Shown here piece after piece: positions 20,988-31,218 of a stretch of DNA of 64,000 nt. The DNA is from an uncultured Clostridium sp. Its GTDB lineage: Bacteria; Bacillota; Clostridia; TANB77; CAG-508. The notes beneath the pieces were generated by a model. The model made no database searches, was not told the origin of the DNA, and worked only from the letters and a program-made list of their open reading frames with translations. The stretch lies in NCBI GenBank assembly GCA_947641575.1, contig CANRQN010000003.1, positions 5,012 to 69,011 of the forward strand, given 5' to 3'. Numbering within the stretch: position 1 is the stretch's first letter; each line of letters opens with the position of its first letter. The position numbers and the translations under genes are program-made.

Positions 20988-22427
20988 CTATTTATTATAT
21001 TTTGCTAAAAGCATACTTCTTAAAAATACTAAGTTTGATATTCCTACACTTATTATTCCATAAAATAGTGTCATGCCAAAAGAGAATGCTACAGCCTTGT
21101 TCATAAATGTAAATACTATAGAAATAACTAAAGTAATAACTATAACATCAGCATTTTTTAAGTATGTTCTTATTGTTTCTTTAGCTACATTTTCATAAGA
21201 ATTGTCTTGTTTTATATTTTTTAACATTTTATTTAATAAGTATGTGTTAAGAATTATAAGTATTATCATAGCAGTAGCTGAATTTAATGATATTTCTGTT
21301 CCTGTATATCTCACTGCAAGTAGCAATATAGCTATCCAAGAAATGTTAGATAAAACAGATATAATTCCATCTAATTTAAATCTAATTATCATATATATAG
21401 ATAAAATTATAAATATAGCAGCAACAATAACTATAGCAATAAATATTCCTGTTTCTTCCAAGTTTCCTATCACAGTTTCATTTGTTGATACTGTGTATGT
21501 TAATGGCATATCTGGATTATTTATAAGCATTGCATAAAAATTTCCCTGCTCTACATATGATTGTAAACTTTCAGCATCTGATGCAGTTCCTATAGATATT
21601 GGTAATTCACCATTTGGCATTTCTTCTCCAAAGTATGTTGTAAGCATTGGTGTACCTTCAATTGTTAAAACTACTTGTTTTTGGTTTTCATTTACTGTGT
21701 TGTTATCTTGCACTTCATTTGTCTGATTTTTATCACTCTCATTTTCTACTTTCATATATACTTTGCTTGTTTCAAGAAGTTTTTGTTTTCCTTCTTTATT
21801 GAATACTATATCAAAGTATACCATAATTCCACCAGTTTCATCATTTCTGTAAAGTACTTTTGATTCTTTTACATCAGATTTGTCTATTAAAACAGTTCCA
21901 TCTTTTGAATCAGTAATAGAAAAATCACCTTTACATTGTAAGTACTGTATCCATGTATCTGTCTTTAACTCATTTGGGAACTCTACTGTTATGTTTCCAT
22001 TTGTTTCATCTAATCTTACTTTATAGTCTTCTACTCCTGCAGCTTCTAGTCTTGCAGTAAATATTTCTTTTGCCTTTTTAAAGTTCTCAGCATTAATCGC
22101 TTCTTCTAAGTTAACTTTCTCTTTTTTCTTTGTATATTCTTCTTCATTTGCTCCTTCTGGAATCGAATCCACTTCTTTTCCATCTTTATCATATATTATT
22201 TCTCTTTCTTCTTCACTTAATTTGAAACTTACTATTCTTTTTTCTTCAAATTCTGATGCTAAAGCATATTTAGGTAGTCTTTCTTTAAAAATTACTGTAT
22301 CCTTTGAATATACTCCAGCAAAGGCTATTAATGTTATTAAAACTATTAGTAATACACATAGAACAATTTTTAGTTTTCTTTCCACTTTATTCACATTCCT
22401 TTCTTTTTTACAATAACTTTGTATCAT
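20988..22427 (-). CDS. SecD-like membrane protein (family uncertain)
   Basis: Intact 479-aa ORF. N-terminal TM helix, a periplasmic-type head (ARLEAAGVEDYKVRLDETNGNITVEFP), and a C-terminal TM bundle. Confidence 0.5.
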   Translation of the reverse strand: MIQSYCKKERNVNKVERKLKIVLCVLLIVLITLIAFAGVYSKDTVIFKERLPKYALASEFEEKRIVSFKLSEEEREIIYDKDGKEVDSIPEGANEEEYTKKKEKVNLEEAINAENFKKAKEIFTARLEAAGVEDYKVRLDETNGNITVEFPNELKTDTWIQYLQCKGDFSITDSKDGTVLIDKSDVKESKVLYRNDETGGIMVYFDIVFNKEGKQKLLETSKVYMKVENESDKNQTNEVQDNNTVNENQKQVVLTIEGTPMLTTYFGEEMPNGELPISIGTASDAESLQSYVEQGNFYAMLINNPDMPLTYTVSTNETVIGNLEETGIFIAIVIVAAIFIILSIYMIIRFKLDGIISVLSNISWIAILLLAVRYTGTEISLNSATAMIILIILNTYLLNKMLKNIKQDNSYENVAKETIRTYLKNADVIVITLVISIVFTFMNKAVAFSFGMTLFYGIISVGISNLVFLRSMLLAKYNK

Positions 22428-23069
22428 TAATTATAAGCTCAAACCATATTTTTAGATATTTTGCTGCATATTTACTCATTATCATTCTATCTATAAATAT
22501 TTCAAAATAGTCAAGCACAGGGCAAAGCTCTGTATCAATTTCTATGTTTAATGTTACTTTTCTATCTTCTTTGTTTATTACAAGCTTTGCATCTGTAACT
22601 GCATAGTTTACTTTATCATGTTTATCGAATGTTCCTATATTTGTATTTATAACTCTATCTCTATGAACATCTGATTTGTCTGCAAGTATTAATGCTGCTG
22701 ATATATCACTTACTGCTGTCCCAGTTTCTTCATCATGGTTTCCGAATTGCCATCATTATTTCTGTTCTATCATTTACATTCATTCCGTACATCTTTCAAA
22801 ATGTTATATGCAAGTATTGCTCCTGAATGTGCATGGTCTTTTCTATTTACACAGTTTCCTATATCATGTAAATAGCCTGCAATTTTTGCAAGTTCAACTC
22901 TTTCTTTTGGATAGCCAAGAGCTTCTAGGATTTCTCCTGCTCTTTTTGATACAATTCCAACATGACGGCTTGAGTGTTCTGTATATCCTAAACTATTAAG
23001 TTGTTTTTGTGCTCCTTGTACCAAAGCTTGTACTTCTTCATTATTTACTACTTCACTTAAAGTAATCAT
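22408..23069 (-). CDS. HD-domain phosphohydrolase
   Basis: HSSRH and GYLHDIG motifs. The gene extends well past the 22770 stop by +1 at two in-frame CGGs (CCG 22785-22787, KDV-G-MNVNDRTEIMMAI; CCG 22742-22744, -G-NHDEETGTAVSD). Confidence 0.7.
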
Positions 23070-23135
23070 ATTTATTGTCCTCCATATACTTTAGCATTTT
23101 ATAATAAATATTATAAAATTTCAATATATATTTAA

Positions 23136-23162
23136 AAAGTTCTCGTATTTTTCGAGAACTTT
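23136..23162 (-). terminator. rho-independent terminator after greA
   Basis: aaagttctcg / cgagaacttt hairpin with flanking T/A runs. Confidence 0.6.
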
Positions 23163-23179
23163 ATTTTTATTATTATACC

Positions 23180-23662
23180 CTATTTTGCGATAGTTATGTT
23201 TAACACCTTATATTTTGCAACTCCATCTGGAATCTGCACTTCTACTACTTGGTTCTTTTTAGCTCCAATTAAAGCTAGACCAATTGGTGATTCATTTGAT
23301 ATTTTGTTTTGAGATAGGTCAACTTCTGTTGAACCAACTATAGTATATTCAAAATCCTCATCAAATTCTAAATCTTTTATTTTAACAGTATTTCCTACTT
23401 GTACTGTTTTTGTATCTATTTCAGATTCATTTATAATTTTTGCATATCTTAATTTGTTTTCAAGATCTGCTATTTTTATTTCGTTTTGTGCTTGTGCATT
23501 TTTTGCTTCATCATATTCAGAATTTTCTGATAAATCTCCAAATCCCAAAGCAACCTTTATTCTTTCTGCTATTTCTGTCCTTTTTTCTGTTTTTAGAAAT
23601 TCTAATTCCTTCTCTATATTATCATATCCCTCTTGTGTTAAAAGTATTTCCTTGTTCTCCAT
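23180..23662 (-). CDS. greA: transcription elongation factor GreA
   Basis: Intact 160-aa ORF with the GDLSENSEYDEAK motif. Confidence 0.9.
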   Translation of the reverse strand: MENKEILLTQEGYDNIEKELEFLKTEKRTEIAERIKVALGFGDLSENSEYDEAKNAQAQNEIKIADLENKLRYAKIINESEIDTKTVQVGNTVKIKDLEFDEDFEYTIVGSTEVDLSQNKISNESPIGLALIGAKKNQVVEVQIPDGVAKYKVLNITIAK

Positions 23663-23758
23663 TTTTTATATCATTCCTTTCATAGTGACTCTTGTTTTGA
23701 AATATTAATTATTATCTTAATCTAATTTTTTACCTTTGTCAAGGTTTTTATTAAAGTT

Positions 23759-24516
23759 TTACCCAGTTAGTCCGTATAAACCTAACATTATCAGTATCAA
23801 GCTGTTTTCTAATATGTGAAAATGTATCTCTTTTGTATATCATGCTTTCATAAAGCACTATATCATTATAATCTAGTCTTTCTTTAATTCCATCTAAAAT
23901 TTCTTTATTATAATCAATTTTATAATAATTAAAAATTTGTCCTTTAAATCTAGGATCATCTATATTCGCTTTTTTTCCTATATTTACAATTATAGCATTA
24001 GTCGAAATTTCATATTCATTAATCCTATTTTCATCAAAATCTAAATTAATAATTACTTCTGCCTCTCTTAGAGCTTTTTCTTTGTTGCTTGTAACTTGAA
24101 TAGCTATTCCATATTCTAGATACAATTTTTCTTCTACATATGCAAATCTATTTACATTAGGAGTTATAATTTTTAATGTCTTTACTTTTTCTGCAATTTG
24201 AATTATTTGTGAAACAGTAACTTCCTCTAAGTTCGTAATTAACATTGCTACGTCAATTGTTTCCAGATTCTTTTTATAGTTTTTTGATATATATTCTATA
24301 ATGTCAAAAAGAAAAAACTTAAATAACCATCTACCGATTTAATATTTTGATTTTATGCATTTCTATTTCTTTTATTAAGCTAACATTATCTTTTAAATCA
24401 TTTGAAACTATAGCTATTACAGATTCTTTCTTTTTTATTTTCTCTAATTTTTTTCCTATTTTCTTTATTTTTCTTTCACTTAAATTAGCTTTATCTTTAA
24501 TATATACTGTTTTCAA
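23759..24516 (-). CDS. hypothetical protein
   Basis: Pieces 24331..24516 and 23751..24245 join by +1 at in-frame CGG (CCG 24334-24336, KILN-G-RWLFKFF). A second in-phase CGG (CCG 23772-23774) would change only the last few residues. Confidence 0.5.
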
Positions 24517-24576
24517 AATATACCACCTAAATATAATTTTGCTTTATTATATTCAGGCATATATTATTTATTCATT

Positions 24577-26332
24577 TTATTTTTCTAATTTAATGTGGAC
24601 ATCCTTAAGTTGTTCCTCTGTAGCAGTTCCTGGTGCTCCCATAAGCAAGTCTTGTGCCTTGCTGTTCATTGGAAATGCTATTACTCCTCTTATATTTTCT
24701 TCTTCTGCTAAAAGCATTATCATTCTATCCACTCCTGGTGCAATTCCTGCATGTGGTGGTGCTCCATACTGAAAAGCATTGAATAGTGCCCTAAATTTTT
24801 CTTCTATAACTTCTTTTGAGTATCCTGCAACCTCAAAAGCTTTTACCATAAGTTCTGGATCATGATTTCTAACAGCTCCTGATGATAATTCTATTCCATT
24901 ACATACTATATCATATTGATAGGCCAATATCTCTAGAGGCTTTTTGTTTTCTAATGCTTCTAATCCTCCCTGTGGCATAGAAAATGGGTTATGGCTAAAT
25001 TCTATTTTCCCTTCATCTGAAAGCTCATACATTGGGAAATCCACTATCCAACAGAACTTAAATACATTTTTATCTATTAATCCTAATCTATTTCCAAGTT
25101 CTTTTCTTATATCCCCTGCAAGTTTTGAAACTGCATTTTCTTTGTCTGCCATTAGGAAAATAGCTCCATTAGATTTTAAGCCCAATTTTTCTTTTAATTT
25201 TGTTTTATGTTCTTCATCTATAAATTTAGCTATACTTCCTTGTAGTGTATTATCTTCAAGAAGCTTAATCCATGCTAAACCTTTTGCTCCACATTCCTCT
25301 GTTGCAAAGCTTACCATGTTATCGAAGAATTTCCTGCTTTGGTTTGATACATCAGGTACTGCTATTGCTCTGACAGTTTTATCTTTAAATGCATTAAATT
25401 CTATTGTTTGAAAGATGTCTGTAACATCTTCTATGATTAATGGGTTTCTTAAGTCTGGCTTATCAGATCCATATTTTAGCATTGCATCTTTATATGTAAT
25501 TCTTGGAAATGGGTACTCAGCAACTTTTTTATTCGAGAAAGTTTGGAATGTATCATACATTACTCTTTCCATAACTTCAAAAACATCTTCTTGAGTCGCA
25601 AATGCCATTTCCATATCTAATTGATAGAATTCTCCTGGTGCTCTATCTGCTCTTGCATCTTCATCTCTAAAGCAAGGTGCGATTTGAAAATATTTATCAA
25701 TCCCAGACACCATAAGCAATTGTTTAAATTGTTGAGGTGCTTGTGGAAGGGCATAGAACTTCCCGTGGGTGTACTCTACTTGGTACCAAGTAGTCACGTG
25801 CTCCTTCTGGCGAAGAGCTTGTAAGTATTGGAGTTTGCACTTCAGTAAATCCTCTTTTTATCATTTGCTCTCTTAAAAATTGTATTATTTTAGATCTTAA
25901 CAATATATTATTTTTTAATTTTTCATTTCTTAAATCTAAAAATCTATACTTAAGTCTTAGATCTTCTCTTGCTTCTAATTCAGAATTTATTTCAAAAGGT
26001 AACTCTTTGGTCCTCTTACCTAAAATTTCTATACTTTCTATTTGAATTTCAACTTCTCCAGTTGGCATATTTTTATTTATTACTTCTTCATTTCTTAATT
26101 TTACTATTCCCTCCATAGAAATTACTGATTCATGTGGTATGTGTGAAATTTTTTCTACTAGTTCTCCTGTTCCAGAAATTACTCCTTGTGTCATTCCATA
26201 TTGATCTCTAAGTAAAACAAAGATTAAGCCGCCAAGATTACGTACAGATTGTACCCATCCTGCAATTTTAACTTTTGATTCAACATCTTCTTTTCTAATT
26301 TGACCGCAATTATGTGTTCTATATGCATTCAT
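24577..26332 (-). CDS. aspS: aspartate--tRNA ligase
   Basis: Pieces join by +1 at in-frame CGG (CCG 25763-25765, a CGGG site), giving [37 protein letters not shown]. Confidence 0.9.
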
Positions 26333-26352
26333 TTTAGCATATGCCTCCTTTT

Positions 26353-27484
26353 TTATTCAAATGTATACCAAGCATCCTTTGATTTTAATTCATCTATCTT
26401 TGCTTGATGTTCCTCATTTGTTTTTGTAAAATATACATTTCCGCAAATTATCTGCTACGAAGAATAAATTATCTGTCTTATTTGGATATATAGCAGCTTC
26501 TATTGATGCACGACCTACCGTTGATATTGGACCTACTGGAATTTTACCAGTCATGTTTGGTCCACGAGTATTATATGGATTATATGTGTTAATTTCATCT
26601 CTTGTTAAATCACGTGATCCAAGTTCTATTCTAAATGCATAATATGTTGTAACATCACATCCAAGTGACATTCCATTATTTATTCTATTATATAATACAC
26701 TTGCTACATCTTTTCTGTCTTTATCATGTATAGCTTCATTTTCAGTTACAGATGCAATAGATAAAAGTTCATGTACAGTATAGTCACTTTTTTCTATATC
26801 TTTTTTATATTTTTCTAAAATCTTTTTCATTTGATCTAGCATTGTTTTGAATATATCTTTTACTGGTATATCCTTTTCTTCAAATGTATATGTGTCTGGG
26901 AATAAATATCCTTCTAATGCATAATATATGTCTTGATCTTTAATTTCATCTGTAATAAACCAATATTCTTCTATTAAGCTATCTATATATTCCTCATCCT
27001 TAACTAAATCATATACATCTTTTTCTGTATTGTCTGTATTTGCAGCAATTGTTTTTGCGATATATGAAAATGTTTTTCCTTCTACAAATGTTATGTTATA
27101 TCCTGTATTTTTAAATACAACTCCACTCTGAAGTGATTTTGCAATTTCAGGAACTCCCATATCTTTTGTTATAGTATAATTTCCTGCTTGAAAATTAGAA
27201 ATATTATTCATTTTTACATATAATTTGAATGCCAATTCATTTCTTATTACTCCATTTTCTTTTAGAATTGCTGCTATTTTACTTGTGCCTGTTCCTAATC
27301 CTATTTCAAAAGTAACTTCTTCCTCACTTGTTCCTGTACCTGATAGTGAAATATTATACCACATAAATGTTCCAATTACTACAATTATTATAAATATTAT
27401 TGCTATAATTATGAATTTAAGAAATGTGTGTTTTTTTCCTCCATTTTCAGCATGTTTATTTCTTGCTCTTCTTCCTTCGCCCAT
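26353..27484 (-). CDS. mltG: endolytic transglycosylase MltG (YceG-like)
   Basis: +1 at in-frame CGG (CCG 26441-26443) replaces the short tail with FFVADNL-G-NVYFTKTNEEHQAKIDEL, the usual MltG C-terminus. Confidence 0.8.
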
Positions 27485-27500
27485 TTTTATTTATATCCTC

Positions 27501-28518
27501 CTATATTTTATTTTCTTCTAAAAATTCTGTACTTAATAAATTGTTGTTATTATTTGTTACAGTAGCACTTGAGCCTATTTCTTTAAGTCTTGGTAATAAT
27601 TCTATTATAAATCTTTCTAAGTAACTAGATTCTACATTTATTTCATTTAAGTTAATATTTACTGTATGTTTTCCGCTCTGTAACAAGCATGCTAATCACT
27701 TCTTCTACTATAATCTTCCTTGCTGAAAAGTTTTTCAAACTTTCTGCATTTATCTTATCTTTATTAATTTCAACTGCATTTGAAATATCGGGAGTATTGC
27801 TTATAAAGTCGTCATCTCCCATATTTATTCTTTTTGTTTCTTTTTCTGTTACTTTTTTAGACTTTATATATCCTACTTTTCCATCATAGCTTAATACTTT
27901 ATACCATCCTTTTTTGTCTGCATCTTCTAAATATATTAGTTCTGTATCTGGTTCTAGTTTTTGAACTGTATGACTAAATCCACTCGCTTTTTCTTTTAGC
28001 GAATTTTTCTTAGTAGTTTTTACTGTTATTAGTTCGTTATATAAAGATGAAATTACTGCTGATTTTTCTTTTACATTTGTTTCTATATTGTATATATTTG
28101 TTAATTCTGATATTGGAATATAGTATGTTTTTCCATAGTCTAAAACTCCATTAGAAATTATTAAACTAGCATTATTTAATTCAAATATATTATTTACTAC
28201 ATCTATTGCAGCAACTTTTGTTCCTGAAGTTGTAATAATCTTGCTACTATCTTTTTCATAATATATATTTTTGTCAAAGATTTTACTTGTATCTTCTATA
28301 GATAAGTAAAGTATATTGTCTTTGCTTATATATGGTTCATTTGACAGATCATTTGTTATATTCTCATTATTTACAATTATAGATATATCATACTTTTGCT
28401 TGTCCTTTTTTCCTAAACTCTTTATAATTATGACTAAACCAACTATTATTATAACTAAAAGCAAGACTCTTGACAAAAGCTTTTTCAAATTAACCTTTTT
28501 CTTCTTTTTCTTCTTCAT
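27501..28518 (-). CDS. membrane-anchored protein with SH3b-like domain
   Basis: Pieces 27652..28518 and 27501..27686 join by +1 at in-frame CGG (CCG 27673-27675, VTE-G-KHTVNINLNE). GWYKVLSYDGKVGYIKS is SH3b-like. Confidence 0.5.
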
Positions 28519-28587
28519 TTATTCCTCCATTTTTATATTAACAATTTTATAATAATTTAAGTCAAAAGTCTATACTAATTTGTAAAA

Positions 28588-28935
28588 TTATATATTATTC
28601 AGTCCTCCAGTTAAATTATATACATTTGTATATCCCAGTTTTTCTAATATAGTACATGCTTTTTTACTCCTTACTCCACTTTGACAATATACAATAATTA
28701 TAGAATTTCTATTTTTTAAATATGAAACTGCATTGTGTTCTATTTCATATACTGGAATATTTATTGATGAATTTATTCTATTTTCTGCAAACTCCTGTGG
28801 GCTTCTTACATCTACTATTATTATATCACTATTATTTCTTATTAGTTTTTTTAAATTTTCATAACTAAGTTCTTTTGTATATCTCATATTTCTTGTTCTT
28901 TTTTTTATTTTATCTACTATTTTTATAATTTTCAT
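28588..28935 (-). CDS. rhodanese-like domain protein
   Basis: 115-aa ORF with the active-site loop YCQSGVRS. Confidence 0.7.
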   Translation of the reverse strand: MKIIKIVDKIKKRTRNMRYTKELSYENLKKLIRNNSDIIIVDVRSPQEFAENRINSSINIPVYEIEHNAVSYLKNRNSIIIVYCQSGVRSKKACTILEKLGYTNVYNLTGGLNNI

Positions 28936-29154
28936 AGTTTTACCTCCTTTTCACCCATTTAATATCAATATATGTTTTCTTTATTCAATTTGTCCTTCTA
29001 AACTTTTAAAATATTACAATTATTTTTCAAACGCAAAAGTTTTGTTACATTTATTTGCATTTTATTACATTAATGTTACATTTATTTTTCAAAACCATTA
29101 CTTTTGTATGTTTTATGTAAAACATTTTGTCGTTTTTTGGTTTACGCTTTAATT

Positions 29155-29197
29155 TTATCCACAAGAATTGCAGAAATGTGGATAACTTTGTGAATAA
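29155..29197. promoter_or_regulatory. DnaA-box pair (plus one near-consensus box)
   Basis: ttatccaca (29155-29163) and tgtggataa (29177-29185) are perfect consensus boxes in inverted orientation. tgtgaataa (29189-29197) has one mismatch. Confidence 0.55.
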
Positions 29198-29434
29198 CTA
29201 TTTTTAACACTTTCAAAGTTTATTTTTACTTAAGTTTATATAATTTATACAATTATGTTAATTATTTATTTTATTTAGCAAGGTATTATGGCTACTTACT
29301 CTTTTGTTCGTAAAAAAGCGACCTAAATAGCTAATTTAAGTCGCTTGAAGCAATTTGCCTTTTTGATACTTTTATTACTTGCCTTACACTTCTGATATTT
29401 TATAATTATGTAGTATTCTTAGAAATAGCAAGTT

Positions 29435-30379
29435 TTATCTATTGTTTTCTATTATCATTTTTACTTCTTCCACATTTAGATTTACTATTTCAGAAATTTC
29501 TTTGATAGTAAAATCTCTTTCGCTTAAGTTTATTATCATCTCTTTTTGTGCTATTGCTATTCCATCTTTTATCCCCTCTTCTCTTCCTTCTTCTCTTCCT
29601 TCTTCTCTTCCTTCTTCTCTTCCTTCTTCTCTTCCTTGTAACATCCCTTGTTCTATTCCAATCTTCCATCCTCTTTCTTTAGCATCTTCTAGTGCCGCAC
29701 TCATAAATGACACCTTATCTCTTAAGTATTTTTCTCGTGCTTCATACTTTTCTCTCATTACCGGATCTGCTGTTATTCGTTCCAATTCTTCTCTTGCCTC
29801 TCTTATTTCTTCTTCTACTTCTTCAATCATTTCTAAATCTACCCCCTTTATAAATTTTATCCAATTATCTTCTGGTATATCTTTTCCTTCCTTAAATTTA
29901 TTTAGCTCTATTACATGTATCTCTAAATCTTCTGTTATTCTTTTATCTAGATGTTCTCTATCTACTAATTCCCACTTTGTATGATAATCTTCTATACCTT
30001 CTAGTTCTTCTAAATCTTGTACTGACAAAAGTATTGCTATTGTTTTATCTAATCTACTATAGTCCTTTCCTTTTTTCAAATCACCTATATATGTTCCTGC
30101 CCAATAGTATAACAATCTTTGTGCCATGTACTTGTATCTTGTAACTTGCATTTCTATTATAACTTTCGTTCCATCACTCAACTTTGCTTTTACATCTATT
30201 CTTCCTATTTTGTCATCTATTAATTCTCCATATAATCTTTTGTTTGTATCTAATGTTAAATCTTCTATTTCTATTCCTAATACTTTCCTCAGAAATGCTT
30301 TGGTTATTCTCTCGTTTCCTACTTTTCCAAATATTTCTTGAAATACTATATCATTTGTTATTTTTATTTTTTCATTCAT
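29435..30379 (-). CDS. Rpn-family recombination-promoting nuclease / putative transposase (PD-(D/E)XK, YhgA-like)
   Basis: N-terminal DIVFQEIFG...RIDVKAKLSDGTKVIIEMQV motif pattern. Intact 314-aa ORF. Confidence 0.7.
   Translation of the reverse strand: MNEKIKITNDIVFQEIFGKVGNERITKAFLRKVLGIEIEDLTLDTNKRLYGELIDDKIGRIDVKAKLSDGTKVIIEMQVTRYKYMAQRLLYYWAGTYIGDLKKGKDYSRLDKTIAILLSVQDLEELEGIEDYHTKWELVDREHLDKRITEDLEIHVIELNKFKEGKDIPEDNWIKFIKGVDLEMIEEVEEEIREAREELERITADPVMREKYEAREKYLRDKVSFMSAALEDAKERGWKIGIEQGMLQGREEGREEGREEGREEGREEGIKDGIAIAQKEMIINLSERDFTIKEISEIVNLNVEEVKMIIENNR
29574..29636 (-). repeat. 12-nt tandem coding repeat (5 units; GREE x5)
   Basis: ctcttccttctt is repeated five times inside the Rpn gene, encoding GREEGREEGREEGREEGREEG. 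Confidence 0.85.
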
Positions 30380-30620
30380 GTTATTTCCTTTCTAATTATA
30401 CATTAACTTGTTGGTTTAATCAAGGCATAATTTTAAAAAAACTTCTTTTTATAATTTCTTATTGATTTGTTTTAGGAGAATTCCTAAAGATATTTTTTTG
30501 TTAAAACTAAGTTGTATTTTAATTTTAAATTGAATATATGTACATATAAATATATTAATTTTTATATAACATCAGAACTCAAATGTCAACAAAAATGATG
30601 TTACATTTTTCGACATAATA

Positions 30621-30659
30621 AAAATACCTTTATATGATTTTTATCATAAAAGGTATTTT
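30621..30659 (-). terminator. rho-independent terminator after the polC-DUF1294 unit
   Basis: aaaatacctttatatgat / atcataaaaggtatttt hairpin followed by a T-run on the minus strand. Confidence 0.5.
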
Positions 30660-30892
30660 GTAAAATTTGGCGCACGAACAACGGGCGTGGCATGAAACTA
30701 ATCTAAAATGTTAGAGTATTTTTAGTCATGCCACTGTTGTTCTCTAATATGAAAGTTCTCCAAACTTCATATTAGAGAAAAGAATTGCACACAAATTTTA
30801 CTTTGTAAAATTTGGCGCACGAACAACGGGCGTGGCATGAAACTAATCTAAAATGTTAGAGTATTTTTAGTCATGCCACTGTTGTTCTCTAA
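30657..30892 (+). repeat. repeat family B, 1.6 tandem units (period about 146 bp)
   Basis: ttgtaaaatttggcgcacgaacaacgggcgtggcatgaaactaatctaaaatgttagagtatttttagtcatgccactgttgttctctaat occurs twice. Each unit folds into a long hairpin (gaacaac..tggcatga / tcatgcca..gttgttc). Confidence 0.8.
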
Positions 30893-31185
30893 TTCAATAT
30901 CCAATATATTATTAGTGATGCCTCTGATATAAGAATTACTGGAAATCCTATTGTAAAGTATAACTTTCTTGTTTTATGTCTAAATAAATACATTCCACTG
31001 ATTGTTCCAATTCCTCCTCCAAGTAGTGTTAAAATAAATAATGTCTTTTCAGGAATTCTCCAAGTTCCTCTCTTTGCCTTTTGTTTATCTATAAACATTG
31101 CAAAAAAGCCAATTACATTTATTCCAATAATATATATAATTAAATATTTTAATGGAATTATTTGTGTAAACATTTCAAAACTCAT
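30889..31185 (-). CDS. DUF1294-type small membrane protein
   Basis: 98-aa ORF with DKQKAKRGTWRIPE and LLGGGIGT motifs. Confidence 0.6.
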   Translation of the reverse strand: MSFEMFTQIIPLKYLIIYIIGINVIGFFAMFIDKQKAKRGTWRIPEKTLFILTLLGGGIGTISGMYLFRHKTRKLYFTIGFPVILISEASLIIYWILN

Positions 31186-31218
31186 GATTAAATCTCCCTT
31201 TATTATTTATATTTTAAA

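Noticed and set aside
29042-29197. Chromosomal replication origin (oriC), suggested by perfect DnaA boxes and AT-rich repeats.
   Set aside because: No dnaA/dnaN is nearby. Gene orientation does not flip at this point: minus-strand genes continue on both sides. Only two to three boxes are present.
29574-30892. CRISPR array, suggested by the short perfect tandem repeats and the 146-bp tandem unit.
   Set aside because: The 12-nt repeats are contiguous with no spacers and lie in-frame inside a gene. The 146-bp units are far longer than CRISPR repeats and have no unique spacers. No cas genes are present.
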